A stretch of 64,000 bases of DNA from Pseudomonadota bacterium (GTDB lineage Bacteria > Bdellovibrionota_B > Oligoflexia > Oligoflexales > CAIMVM01): assembly GCA_037142195.1 (NCBI GenBank), contig JBAXBA010000002.1, forward strand, positions 11,005-75,004, read 5' to 3'. Position 1 is the first letter of the stretch, and every line of letters starts with the position of its first letter. The translations under genes and the position numbers were made by a program. The notes beneath the pieces were generated by a model. The model was not told the origin of the DNA and made no database searches. It saw only the letters and a list, made by a program, of their open reading frames with translations. Positions 25,457-35,009 of the stretch are shown piece after piece.

Positions 25457-26528
25457 CCCCTATTTCCTCCAGCGCCGTCGACTTCGATGCAAAATTTATA
25501 TCCTGCTTCTCCTCAGATAGACTTCTGAATCAGGACTCCAAGCCGTTTCAACTCGATTTAAAGCAAACACAAGTACTACTGAGAAAAGCTTTCCAAATAC
25601 CAACTCTCCTGATCTCCTTGTGCCGATCGACTTTACGCAAATGGTCGATACCAGCCCTTTTATTCCTTAAATGCCAGTGGGTATCAAAAAGGAGCTTCTT
25701 CAAGGAAAAAACCCCAATTTCTAGCCCATCTATAAATAGAGGCTTAGACGCCACAAGACCGGTCTACGCAATTTTACAGGTTATGCGCCCACAGGAATTT
25801 ACTAAGATAGAGCCGTGTGAGAAATTAATCTAAGTCACCATAAAAGCCACAGTTAAAATAGGTTCGCTGGTAGAACGGGTAGATTGATATAGCCCTATGA
25901 TCTTGGAAGAAGTCCTCATCGTGGCAGTTCATCAGATCCTAAGCAGACTAGTTCGAAATGGTTTTTTTCTGCTTCTTGAAGAGCCTTTGACGACTCCAAA
26001 CTCTTTTTTATTTTGGTTGCACTAGATTCTTACGCCTCTCAAGTCGCATGCTGTTGCTTGTCCAATACTCAGTGACAGATTTGATGTAGCCATCTCGATC
26101 AATCTCAAAAAATGAAACTACAAAAAGATCTCGCGCATTGCCGTAATGCTTTATTGGCTCGAAAAAAAATTTAAAAATTTTGCAAATACCTTATCCCATT
26201 GATCATAGTCATAAATACTATTTTGAATTCGAATATTGTAGTCACTAATATGGCGATGACCTCCTTCAATGAAATTATCGGCTCCTACGATAATCTCTTC
26301 TGATTGGGGCCAGTATGCTTAAAAATCTTCAGAAAGGCTTGCTCCGAAATATGCAATTAGCCATTAAGGCTAAATCAACGGTCGTTAATTTTGGATTCCT
26401 AATAATTGATTCCAATGCCATTTTCTGAGACGTATTCAGCATGTATTTATATTTTTCTCTGATCTTTTCTCTGACTTTGAGTTCGAGTCAGTCGGATAAC
26501 TGGTAACCAATACAATCCTCATTTTTTA

Positions 26529-27677
26529 TTAAGATCCCAACTCACCATTCCAGAGGGCCTGTACAAACTCTCGCCATGGCCAGACTTCAATCCCATCGTC
26601 AAGACGTCGTCTAGAGCTATCAAGACTCACGATGATGCGCCTTTTACAATGGGGATAGTCTTGATAGAGAGCACGGAGACCGCCAAGATGATTGCTATTC
26701 ACACTTTTTGTTGCCTTTGCTTCAATTGCCAACTCCATGTCATTGACAATGAAGTCTACTTCGGGACCATTGGCCACGGACCAAAAGCTCATGTCCCAAA
26801 AGCATCCGCGATACTCGTTGTAGCAACATAGCTCATGAAAAATCCAGTTTTCAAATGCTTTACCAAAAAGCTCCGATTGAGGTTCCAGTGATCGACGCTT
26901 TCCCAGAAAATTTACAACTCCAACATCATGGAAGTAAAACTTAGGTAACATGCGTTGTCTTCTCTTCGGCCTCAAAGTATAGGCATTCAGCCAACTCCCA
27001 AGTAAAGTGTCCTCCAGTATTTGATAGTGATCACGAATCGTCTGACTGGCGACCCCTACATCGCGAGCGAAGGTTGACATATTCACAGATTCCGTGTCTG
27101 ATAAAGCGGCCATGCGCAAGAACTCGCTAAAAGCAGGAATGCTGCGTACGGCAGACTCAGCGGCAATTTCTTCCTTAAGATAATTGCCACAGTAGCTTGC
27201 TAAGTCAGGCCAGACATCCTGACTCGAATAGTGAGGCGGCAAATAGCCTTGGTTGAGTGCTCTTACTAAGTTAAACTCGGGACCTACTTCAGCAGCAGAT
27301 AGTCCATAAATTTGTCGGCGGTGCGCTCGTCCTCCTAGAAGATTGGCGTGTGTTCGTTTTACCTTCCGCGCGCTAGATCCGCTCAATGCGAAATGGATCC
27401 TATGGTTCTCTATGAGATAATGTACTTCATCTAATAACTCAGGTACTTTTTGAATCTCATCGATGACCACCCAAGACGGTTTGGATTCGGAGATTTCTTC
27501 TCGCAAAAGATGAGGCATAGCCGCATACTTCCCGAAAACATCAGATTTGAGCAAATCTATCCAAACTCCGTCGGGAAATTGATCCCGCAGCAAAGTAGTC
27601 TTGCCAGTCTGACGAGGCCCCCAAAGAAAAAAAGATTTTTGACTATTATTCAATAAAAGCAGACGTTTATAACTCAC
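26529..27677 (-). CDS. COG1373/DUF4143-type AAA+ ATPase with PD-(D/E)xK-like C-terminus
   Basis: This 382-aa ORF has Walker A GPRQTGKTT, Walker B VVIDEIQ, SGSSARKV and the C-terminal GPEVDFIVNDMELAIEAKAT. The GTG start lies 5 nt after GGAGG. Confidence 0.85.
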   Translation of the reverse strand: MSYKRLLLLNNSQKSFFLWGPRQTGKTTLLRDQFPDGVWIDLLKSDVFGKYAAMPHLLREEISESKPSWVVIDEIQKVPELLDEVHYLIENHRIHFALSGSSARKVKRTHANLLGGRAHRRQIYGLSAAEVGPEFNLVRALNQGYLPPHYSSQDVWPDLASYCGNYLKEEIAAESAVRSIPAFSEFLRMAALSDTESVNMSTFARDVGVASQTIRDHYQILEDTLLGSWLNAYTLRPKRRQRMLPKFYFHDVGVVNFLGKRRSLEPQSELFGKAFENWIFHELCCYNEYRGCFWDMSFWSVANGPEVDFIVNDMELAIEAKATKSVNSNHLGGLRALYQDYPHCKRRIIVSLDSSRRRLDDGIEVWPWREFVQALWNGELGS

Positions 27678-27877
27678 AATACCTCCACTTGAAAATTACA
27701 TGTATATTTCAGGCACTAGTTATTATATAGACAACCGGTTTCAAATACTAGACTTTTTCCACCATGTGCCCTTATTTTAAACAGTTGTGATTTCTGCAGC
27801 AACTTTTACTTTATGACCTTCGTAGGCTCTTGGTTTCTTTTCGTTTATGAAGCTGCCAAGTAATGAACTTAACGTTA

Positions 27878-28066
27878 GCTGAACAACCCATGCCCTCTAT
27901 AATTTGGATCCAAATTCGAAGTCTTCACACTTCGGGGGTTAGTCTATAGCACCCATGATTTTTTTGACGACTCTAAAACCATCTTTTTTGTATCCCAGAA
28001 ACCATCTCTTCAAAAACAGGTAAAATATTTATGAAGGTATGGCACTTGTAGGAATATCGTGAAATC
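27878..28066 (+). repeat. IS4-type remnant, copy R4
   Basis: tctataatttggatccaaattcgaagtcttc.cact.cgggg..tagtctatagcacccatgattttt ... ttgtatccca...aaaaaca.gtaaaatatttatg..g.atggcacttgtaggaat is nearly identical to 30735..30900. Confidence 0.8.
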
Positions 28067-28101
28067 CCCCAGCTAAAGATGCAGCAAGTATTTTTTTAAT
28101 A

Positions 28102-28354
28102 CTACGGCCCCAGGACGCTATCATTCCAACTAAAGAAAGGCGTTGGCCATCTTTGGTTAAATGGCCGAGACTGGTGTTTGATTAACAGCTTTCCCACTGT
28201 CAAGTGGTCAGGCCATACGCCAGGATTCCAAACTTAGTTTTATCTTCATATAGCTCACTTGAATGGGTGCAGCATTACATTAGTCCTTATGGGTGACCGC
28301 GTTTAAAAGGGCCTCACGAAGAGCTTGATCAGGAACAGACGAGGAGGGATTCAT
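28102..28354 (-). pseudogene. Internal fragment of a COG2865 (HATPase_c_4) gene directly downstream of the ATPase gene
   Basis: MNPSSSVPDQALREALLNAVTHKD-stop carries the family signature REA..NA..H.DY, with Tyr replaced by TAA. Frameshifted pieces follow, APIQV...LSLESW and VWPDHLTVGKLLIKHQSRPFN (compare IEI.NPGgLp...t...l....S..RN). Confidence 0.55.
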
Positions 28355-28396
28355 GTCTTCCCCGCGTTTACCTCAAAACTCAAAATTAACTTTTAG

Positions 28397-29578
28397 TTAT
28401 CTCTCCCGAAGTGTGGAACTCAGAATACTAGAACATTTTTCTGGCAAAGACTGCAGCACATTCAAGGCAAAAGCCTCACCTATCGATAGGTGAGCAACGC
28501 CTCGAATAATCGATAAAGGTTGAGATTTGACCGAAAGCTGCCAAAGGTTGGTTACCGCCAACTTGCTACCAAAATATTGCAATGATTTATGGGACTCTGC
28601 ACGGGCATATTTACATTCTATCAGATCGAGTACTAAGCCATTTCGAACGACAGCAAAGTCAACTTCACGCTTTTCCTTATCTCGAATGTAACAAAGCTCA
28701 TATCGAAATCCATCTCGATCAGACAAAAATTGCAGACGTTTTAGGAGCGCACAGGCCAAAAGATTTTCTGAACGCGAACCAAGATCATCTACTCCATCTG
28801 CAACATCAAAGAAGTAAATTTTAGATTGCTTCTGTAAGGATCGAGAAATTTTATTTGAAAAAGGATAGACTCGAAATATAATATACATCCGCTCCAAGAC
28901 TTCTATCCAATGCTGAATCGTCTTATGGCTGACTTGAATCTCTTCAGCTAAATTATTGATCGAAATGGGACTTCCTACTCGCTCTCGAAGAAGTTCCAAA
29001 AGTAAATTGAGCCTTGAGATATCACGAACAGCTTCTAAGTCCCTAATGTCTTCCTTAATAACTTTTTCTGACCTTTCTAGTCGCCAGCGACGTGCCTCCC
29101 TTTCGTCATTTTGAAGGAATGGCTCAGGAAATCCTCCTAATAACATGATTCTTTCCACAACTTCTTGGGGAGAAAGTTTATCCACAATCTCATCTGGGGT
29201 AATGGGATGAAGACGCCAATGATGATAACGCCCCATTAAAGAGTCGCCACCCCGACGGTAGACATCTAAACGAGCGCTGCCAGTGACAAGAAAATTCTGA
29301 TGGGCAAGGCGTGTGTCGAATAGCCCTTTAACTTTGTTTTTCCAGTTTCGAAATTTGTGAATTTCATCAAATACGATAAGATTAGCAGATTCATCAATCT
29401 CTTCCTTAAGAATAGCTCGCTTTCCAGGAGTACTATCCCAATTGAGGTAGAGGCTAGTGGGGTAAAAGGCCATGATCTGCTTTGCCAGTGTGGTCTTGCC
29501 ACACTGCCTAGGACCAGAAAGAAAGACCATTTTCTTTTGCAAATCTTTTGTAATCTCTTTTTCTAGGTACCTTTTCAT
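28397..29578 (-). CDS. COG1373/DUF4143-type AAA+ ATPase with PD-(D/E)xK-like C-terminus (divergent subfamily)
   Basis: This 393-aa ORF has Walker A GPRQCGKTT, Walker B IVFDEIH, TGSARLDV and the C-terminal KREVDFAVVRNGLVLDLIECKYA. Confidence 0.85.
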   Translation of the reverse strand: MKRYLEKEITKDLQKKMVFLSGPRQCGKTTLAKQIMAFYPTSLYLNWDSTPGKRAILKEEIDESANLIVFDEIHKFRNWKNKVKGLFDTRLAHQNFLVTGSARLDVYRRGGDSLMGRYHHWRLHPITPDEIVDKLSPQEVVERIMLLGGFPEPFLQNDEREARRWRLERSEKVIKEDIRDLEAVRDISRLNLLLELLRERVGSPISINNLAEEIQVSHKTIQHWIEVLERMYIIFRVYPFSNKISRSLQKQSKIYFFDVADGVDDLGSRSENLLACALLKRLQFLSDRDGFRYELCYIRDKEKREVDFAVVRNGLVLDLIECKYARAESHKSLQYFGSKLAVTNLWQLSVKSQPLSIIRGVAHLSIGEAFALNVLQSLPEKCSSILSSTLRER

Positions 29579-29605
29579 GGTGAAATGCCCTCACTTAGGA
29601 GTTTG

Positions 29606-29667
29606 CCTATTTTACACCGTACTCCAAAAAAGTCGCGACTTTTTTGGAGTACGGTGTAAAATAGGCT
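29606..29667. repeat. Perfect 62-bp palindrome (31-bp arms, no loop, centre tcgcga)
   Basis: gcctattttacaccgtactccaaaaaagtcg|cgacttttttggagtacggtgtaaaataggc. All 31 pairs were checked by hand. It lies 28 nt upstream of the ATPase start and 10 nt downstream of the preceding ORF. Confidence 0.95.
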
Positions 29668-29676
29668 GATTTTGCC

Positions 29677-29931
29677 TTAACTCACTTTAAATAATGAGCT
29701 TTTTGACCTAGGTAACAACTCAAACTCCCAAAAAAATACCGCTAGGCTAAGGGGGCAGCATCCGAAAAAACTCGGTTTTCGGGGATGGGGCCCGGCCTTA
29801 CTGAAGAAAGCCCAAGTAAAACCCCGGGCTGAAATTATGTTTTGGTCGAGGACATCGGCGTAAGCATCACGCAGCCATTCAAAGTCTTCGATTTCATCCG
29901 AGCCTCTGCTCCCCTTTTTTCTACGAACCAT
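29677..29931 (-). pseudogene. ORF carrying an AbiEi N-terminal fragment; probably not functional
   Basis: IISARGFTWAF matches the AbiEi N-terminus (SISAQGFAWAF). The remainder has no recognisable domain and is low-complexity. Confidence 0.3.
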
Positions 29932-29971
29932 TTTGCTCCTAATGTCAAATACAAGACCTTACCGAAATTCA

Positions 29972-30292
29972 TTAAGACGACTTTTTCTTTGGGCTGCTTG
30001 ATTTGACATGATCCAAAAGCACCATCCGAAGATACGGCTGGTAACCTAGTCCCTTCTCGCCAGCTAAACTTTTGAGCTGGGCGATAAGCTGCTTCGGTAA
30101 TCGTACGGATATCACTTGAAGGCCCATGGCCTCATCCATTTCTAGTTCACTTTCGGAATTTATGGGTTTAGCGTGTTGAGCGTCCGCACCTAGCTCCCGC
30201 GACTCCCACTTCTCCACATCGTGGAGATTGTCAGGTTTGGTATCCCGGGAAATTCGTCGCATAAATCTTCTCCTCTTGCATGTTAGGCTCAT
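29972..30292 (-). CDS. CopG/RHH-type (BrnA-like) antitoxin; start uncertain
   Basis: EKWESRELGADAQHAKPINSESELEMDEAMGLQVISVRLPKQLIAQLKSLAGEKGLGYQPYLRMVLLDHV. It overlaps the upstream BrnT-like gene. Confidence 0.55.
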   Translation of the reverse strand: MSLTCKRRRFMRRISRDTKPDNLHDVEKWESRELGADAQHAKPINSESELEMDEAMGLQVISVRLPKQLIAQLKSLAGEKGLGYQPYLRMVLLDHVKSSSPKKKSS

Positions 30293-30533
30293 AAGCTGTC
30301 TTTAAGACAAACTGTTTGAACTTCTTGTCGAACAAAAAAACCACTTTAAGTTTTCGACCAGAGTCCGTTTCTGCAATGAACCACCGCGTCGGCGGGAAGG
30401 TTCGATTCTCCGCACGGTCATCAATTAGGCTGCCATATAGTTTATTCTGAAAGCATTCCAGAACCTCACCAGGCATAACTCCATGCTTTTTTTGCAGCTT
30501 TTTCTAGGCTGTGGGATCGATATGGAGATTCAT
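30231..30533 (-). pseudogene. BrnT/DUF497-like toxin gene with an in-frame TAG at codon 10 (or an N-terminally shortened CDS 30231..30476)
   Basis: ATG 30533 gives MNLHIDPTA-TAG-KKLQKKHGVMPGEVLECF... in the same frame as the track ORF. KHGV and the C-terminal KTAYEPNMQEEKIY resemble BrnT hallmarks (N..KHGV; ISAR.A...E...Y). Confidence 0.5.
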
Positions 30534-30718
30534 ACGCGACCCCTATTCCACTTGTAATACAAGAGAAATATATAAGCAATACAATGTATATTTGAAGAAC
30601 CGGTCAAAATATTAGCGATATTTCATATCCTATTGATTTTAATCATTTTTTGTAAATCCCCAGAGGGTAAGTGATAAGAAAAATTACTGCTTTATTAAAA
30701 AATTGAATGCCTCTCTAT

Positions 30719-31319
30719 GCTGGTACCAAAACCCATTCCTTCTATAATTTGGATCCAAATTCGAAGTCTTCGCACTCCGGGGGGTAGTCTATAGCACCCA
30801 TGATTTTTGAGAGCTTTACAACCTTCCATTTTGTATCCCAAATACAGCCATTGCAAAAACAAGTAAAATATTTATGGCGGCATGGCACTTGTAGGAATCA
30901 CGTGAAAATCCACATCCCTAAGTTTTGATGATTTTTTTAGTCATGAGTGGCCCCATCAAGACTCCTCCAACATCACACGCTCGAAAGTTACTATTTTGGC
31001 CGAACGTCCTCTCGCCCTCTCCGCTCGGTGCTGATTTATCTCGGTCAAGCTCTTCCAGTCCCTCTCCTTGGACTCGCGCGTATCATGGGGGAACAACCAT
31101 TCGGGTAGCGATTGGCAACCGCAAGTTCCCACAATCATCAAAAGATGAACCACCATCAAATGTCCTTCCATCTGATTCATGAAAGAGTTCGCTCCCCCCT
31201 TGGAATCACTCCACCCATCAGAGCAAAACCTGAAAACCTCCATCCATTACCAGAGCTACAGCTTTCAAAGGACTTGGCTCTTTTTTTGGAGTTTGATTTC
31301 ATAATCGACAGTGTCAGCT
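30719..31319 (+). repeat. IS4-type remnant, copy R5, immediately upstream of yeeE
   Basis: It shares its left part with R4 and R1, its middle with R1 (gtcatg.gtg.ccccatcaagactcct.caacatcac.cgctcgaaagtta.tattttgg) and its right part with R3. Confidence 0.75.
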
Positions 31320-31406
31320 AGAGGGCATATAGTGGCCTTAAGTTCTGGGGTGTCATGGAAGTGGTCCGTCAGAGCTGGCTTAGGATCTAGAAAAAGAGGA
31401 GGACAT

Positions 31407-31817
31407 ATGCCTTTTGGATCAGAAATTTTAGGCGGTATTTTAGTTGGCCTTGGCATGGCTATAACGCTCTTATATGAAAGTCAGATTTCAGGAGCGTCGG
31501 GCTATGCAGCGGCGAGCTTAAGACCAAGTCCTACCGGAAGAGCGGAGCTCTATTTTGTCGCAGGTCTCGTTTTGGCAGGGCTGATTTGGCGGTTTGCGGG
31601 AGGTCATCTGAGTGATGCTGATGAGAGTCATCTCGGACTTCCAGCCTGGATTCTAGCTGGGCTATTGGTGGGCTTTGGAGCCCGCTTAGGAGGAGGCTGC
31701 ACCAGCGGACACGGTGTCTGTGGACTTGGCCGGCTTTCTCACCGCTCCCTAGCAGCTGTACTTATTTTTATGGCCTTCGCTTTTTTAACGGCAGCCGTCA
31801 TGAGGATTTATTTATGA
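31407..31817 (+). CDS. YeeE/YedE-family membrane protein (sulfur-compound transport), first half-size subunit
   Basis: The ATG lies 4 nt after AGGAGG. The body is hydrophobic, with the family motif GARLGGGCTSGHGVCG. Confidence 0.8.
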   Translation: MPFGSEILGGILVGLGMAITLLYESQISGASGYAAASLRPSPTGRAELYFVAGLVLAGLIWRFAGGHLSDADESHLGLPAWILAGLLVGFGARLGGGCTSGHGVCGLGRLSHRSLAAVLIFMAFAFLTAAVMRIYL

Positions 31818-32221
31818 GACAAGGCGTCTATTTAGCTTCTGGTCTTATTTTTGGTTTAGGACTCGCCATCTCCCAGATGGTCGATCCTCTCAAGGTAAAA
31901 AGTTTTTTAGCATTAGGGACTCCCGACTGGAACCCAGCTCTGATGTTTGTTTTAGGATCCGCGGCACCTACCTATTACCTGGCTTTTTTATACTTAAACC
32001 GGCGCCAGAAATCGTTTGACGGGAAACCCTTTCCTCATCCGACTCCTAGGCCCATCGATAAAAAACTTGTGGCGGGTTCGGTGCTGTTTGGGATCGGTTG
32101 GGGGATAGCAGGGGTTTGTCCTGGACCAGCTCTTTTTCACTTAGCTTACCTGGATGAGCAGTTTTTTCTCTTTATCGTCATGATGGTTCTAGGCTTCGAA
32201 CTTCAAAGGAAACTCATTTGA
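31814..32221 (+). CDS. YeeE/YedE-family membrane protein, second half-size subunit
   Basis: This 135-aa hydrophobic ORF is coupled by a 4-nt overlap. The motif GSVLFGIGWGIAGVCPGPA is typical of the paired subunit. Confidence 0.7.
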   Translation: MRQGVYLASGLIFGLGLAISQMVDPLKVKSFLALGTPDWNPALMFVLGSAAPTYYLAFLYLNRRQKSFDGKPFPHPTPRPIDKKLVAGSVLFGIGWGIAGVCPGPALFHLAYLDEQFFLFIVMMVLGFELQRKLI

Positions 32222-33027
32222 CTCTAGAAACCTTAGGATATTTAGCCTCCCTGGTGATGGGACTTGTTCTTGGACTCACAGGCGGGGGCGGGTCTCTGCT
32301 GGCCCTCCCTATTTTGGTCTATCTCTTTGGGATCAGTGCCCTCGATGCTACGAGTTATTCTTTAGGGATCATTGGGATCATTAGTCTTTGGGGAGCGTTG
32401 GGAGCCTATAGAAACGGTGACTTAAAACTAGGCCATGCCCTCTTTTTTGGAATTCCAGGAATCATGGGGGTTCTTCTTTCAAGAAGAATTCTTTTACCCG
32501 CGGTTCCAGCTCAAATCCACTTTTTGAGTTCCGTGATTTCCAAAGACTCCCTACTCTTGATTTCCTTCGCACTTTTAATGCTTTTTACCTCTCTTTCCAT
32601 GCTGAAATCTCTTGCTCAAAAAAGAAACTTTACCCCTCCTCCTAGTACCCATCCGGTTGCCATGGGCTACCTGGTGGTTCTAGGTCTTGGTGTCGGGATG
32701 CTTTCTGGATTTGTAGGAGCAGGGGGAGGGTTTTTAATCGTTCCTGCCCTTCTCTCCCTTGGCAAGCTGGACATGAAACAGACGGTCGGAACCTCTCTTC
32801 TGATTATCGGCATGCAATCTAGTTTTGGGGTTCTGAGCGATCTTCATCGCTTAGACGTCTTAGACTTAAAACTCTTTTTAGCGATTGTGTCTTTAGCAAG
32901 CATCGGCATGAGTATAGGGAGCAGGGCCAGGTCTTTTATCTCAGATAGCAAATTGAAGTTTGGATTTGCGGTGCTGGTGCTGGTTTTAGCGGTGGGGATA
33001 CTTTGGGATCAGGTGGGGCGGGTTTAA
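32218..33027 (+). CDS. TauE/SafE-family anion exporter-like membrane protein
   Basis: This 269-aa ORF has the two-fold repeat GLTGGGGSLLALPILVY ... GFVGAGGGFLIVPALL. Confidence 0.8.
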   Translation: MTLETLGYLASLVMGLVLGLTGGGGSLLALPILVYLFGISALDATSYSLGIIGIISLWGALGAYRNGDLKLGHALFFGIPGIMGVLLSRRILLPAVPAQIHFLSSVISKDSLLLISFALLMLFTSLSMLKSLAQKRNFTPPPSTHPVAMGYLVVLGLGVGMLSGFVGAGGGFLIVPALLSLGKLDMKQTVGTSLLIIGMQSSFGVLSDLHRLDVLDLKLFLAIVSLASIGMSIGSRARSFISDSKLKFGFAVLVLVLAVGILWDQVGRV

Positions 33028-34067
33028 GACAAATGAAATTTTAAAGTGCGGCGAATTGCTTCTTCCAATCCAATGTTACACTTTAACCCTAATTCATTGC
33101 GAGCTCTTGCAACATCTGGTAGATATCTAGAAGGATTGGCACCTGGAATTTCTTTGCCAACTATGTCGACTTTGGGACTAAAAGACCCAGAAAAAAAATC
33201 TCTGGTATAGACTTGAGTGACTTTATTTGCGAAGTCTTTCATGGAAACAGGCTCATCATTTCCGACATTATATGCTTCACCAACTCGTCCATTTAGTAAA
33301 ATAGTCCAGAGCCAAACAGCCAAGTCTGCCGCGTACAAATATCCTCTTAGGGCATTGCCATCTCCAGAAACGTTAATATCGCGACCACTTGAAACATCTG
33401 CAATGAAGCTCTCTGCAGCAAACGCACCACCACCAGAAAGATATGGACCAATGAACGCAAAGCACCTTGCAACCTTAACTGGCAAACCATAAATATCCTT
33501 GTAGATAGAGCCCAGTGTCTCAGCTAATCTCTTACTTTCACCGTAAATGCTTTTTGAGTTTAAAAAATCTGGACCTCCATAAAAAGCCTCTGGAATTTTA
33601 TCCATGTCCTGAGACTGAGTCCCGTAAACAGCACCTGAACTAACTAATAGGAATCCTTTTAATTTTTGATCTTTGACTAACTCAAGAATATTTTTAGTAC
33701 CAAGTACTACCGTTTCAAATGTCTTTAAATGATTGTCTAAATTCCTATCTATGCCGACAGATGTTGCGGCATGAATAACATAATCTACTTTCGGGATAGA
33801 ACTTAAATGAACTACATTTTCATTGATGAATACAATATTTGAGCTGACAAACTCAGGAAAATTGTCAACAAATTGTTTTGAATTTCTAGCAACTACGTAA
33901 ACCTTAATTTCAGTCATATAAATCTTATTTAACAAAGATATAGACTGCAAAAGCCACTTTCCAAAAAAACCTGTGCCGCCAGTAATTAAAATCGATACAC
34001 CCATGAGTCGATCTTTAAATGGCATCATTTTTTCTGACAAATAACTAACATCTTCATCAATTAACAT
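33024..34067 (-). CDS. Extended SDR NAD(P)-dependent epimerase/reductase
   Basis: It has the Rossmann motif ITGGTGFFGKWLL and the catalytic YGESKRLAE (YxxxK). It is the last gene of the CDP-sugar operon. Confidence 0.8.
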   Translation of the reverse strand: MLIDEDVSYLSEKMMPFKDRLMGVSILITGGTGFFGKWLLQSISLLNKIYMTEIKVYVVARNSKQFVDNFPEFVSSNIVFINENVVHLSSIPKVDYVIHAATSVGIDRNLDNHLKTFETVVLGTKNILELVKDQKLKGFLLVSSGAVYGTQSQDMDKIPEAFYGGPDFLNSKSIYGESKRLAETLGSIYKDIYGLPVKVARCFAFIGPYLSGGGAFAAESFIADVSSGRDINVSGDGNALRGYLYAADLAVWLWTILLNGRVGEAYNVGNDEPVSMKDFANKVTQVYTRDFFSGSFSPKVDIVGKEIPGANPSRYLPDVARARNELGLKCNIGLEEAIRRTLKFHLS

Positions 34068-34094
34068 TTATAGCTCTTAATCGTTGGCTGTTAA

Positions 34095-35009
34095 CTAGCT
34101 TTCAAGAAAAGAAAGTATTCGAGTTTTTACAGAGCCAACATCCAATTTATGCTCCAAAATAGCATAATCATAACTACCGCAGCTCTCAGTAAATCGATTG
34201 TTTATTCCTATTCGTAATAGACGAGACGAAACAATTGCGGACTCAGCTACCATTTCTGCGACTATAGACCCAATGCCCCCATTGACCGAATGCTCTTCTA
34301 AGGTAACTACAGTTTTTGCAGAACCCAAAATCGTCAATAGTTCGTGCCTATCAAAAGTCGATAAAGAAAATAATGAAATGACAAGCGCATCAATGTCCTT
34401 CGAAACTTCAAGGGCAGTGCTCACCATAGAGCCTGTCGCTATAAAACAAACACTAGACTTTGAAGAATTTACCTTACTAAATCCCCTAGTCATGTCCACG
34501 TCTTGTGGCCCCTTATGAATGGAGGGTTTATCGCTCTTTCCAATTCTTATATAAGAAGCATTTCTTGAATTAGCCGCTGCTTTCAAGCACAAGTCCATTT
34601 CAAACTTATCAGCTGGGCTATAAATATCTAAATTTGCTAAGCTTCTTAACATGGATATATCTTCGGCGCACTGATGACTAGCACCTAACGTGTTATATAC
34701 AAGCCCTGCCCCGTCACCTAACATGATAACGGGCAGATGGTCATAACAAATATCCATTTTAATAAACTCGAATACTCGAGTCGGCAAAAAAGCAGATAAG
34801 CCATAAACGACTACCTTAAAGCCATTTTTGGAAAGCCCTGCAGCATATCCGATCATTGCTTGTTCGCATACGCCCACGTTTATAAATTTAGACGGTGATT
34901 CGCTTCTAAGCCCGTCAAAAAGCGCATAGCCATGATCTCCAGACAAAACGACAAAATCCTCGATGGTAGCCGCCTGTTCAATCAAGAAATTAGATAGGAC
35001 TTGTCTCAT
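34095..35009 (-). CDS. Transketolase-like, C-terminal (pyrimidine-binding) subunit
   Basis: Motifs are FINVGVCEQAMIGYAAGLSKNGF ... LPVIMLGDGAG. A 4-nt overlap couples it to the N-terminal subunit gene. Confidence 0.85.
   Translation of the reverse strand: MRQVLSNFLIEQAATIEDFVVLSGDHGYALFDGLRSESPSKFINVGVCEQAMIGYAAGLSKNGFKVVVYGLSAFLPTRVFEFIKMDICYDHLPVIMLGDGAGLVYNTLGASHQCAEDISMLRSLANLDIYSPADKFEMDLCLKAAANSRNASYIRIGKSDKPSIHKGPQDVDMTRGFSKVNSSKSSVCFIATGSMVSTALEVSKDIDALVISLFSLSTFDRHELLTILGSAKTVVTLEEHSVNGGIGSIVAEMVAESAIVSSRLLRIGINNRFTESCGSYDYAILEHKLDVGSVKTRILSFLES

Noticed and set aside
1-31319. Sedentary integron cassette array (same-strand TA-rich cassettes separated by repeats)
   Set aside because: The separating repeats are 150-700 bp of decayed transposase-like sequence, not 60-140-bp attC-type imperfect palindromes with RYYYAAC/GTTRRRY cores. 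Cassettes are multi-gene with their own RBS and promoter regions. No intI is in the window.
33024-33027. Convergent genes sharing a TTAA (tauE stop TAA and SDR stop TAA overlap) as a special regulatory feature
   Set aside because: This is a real observation, but overlapping convergent stops are common in compact genomes. No hairpin or other signal is associated with it.
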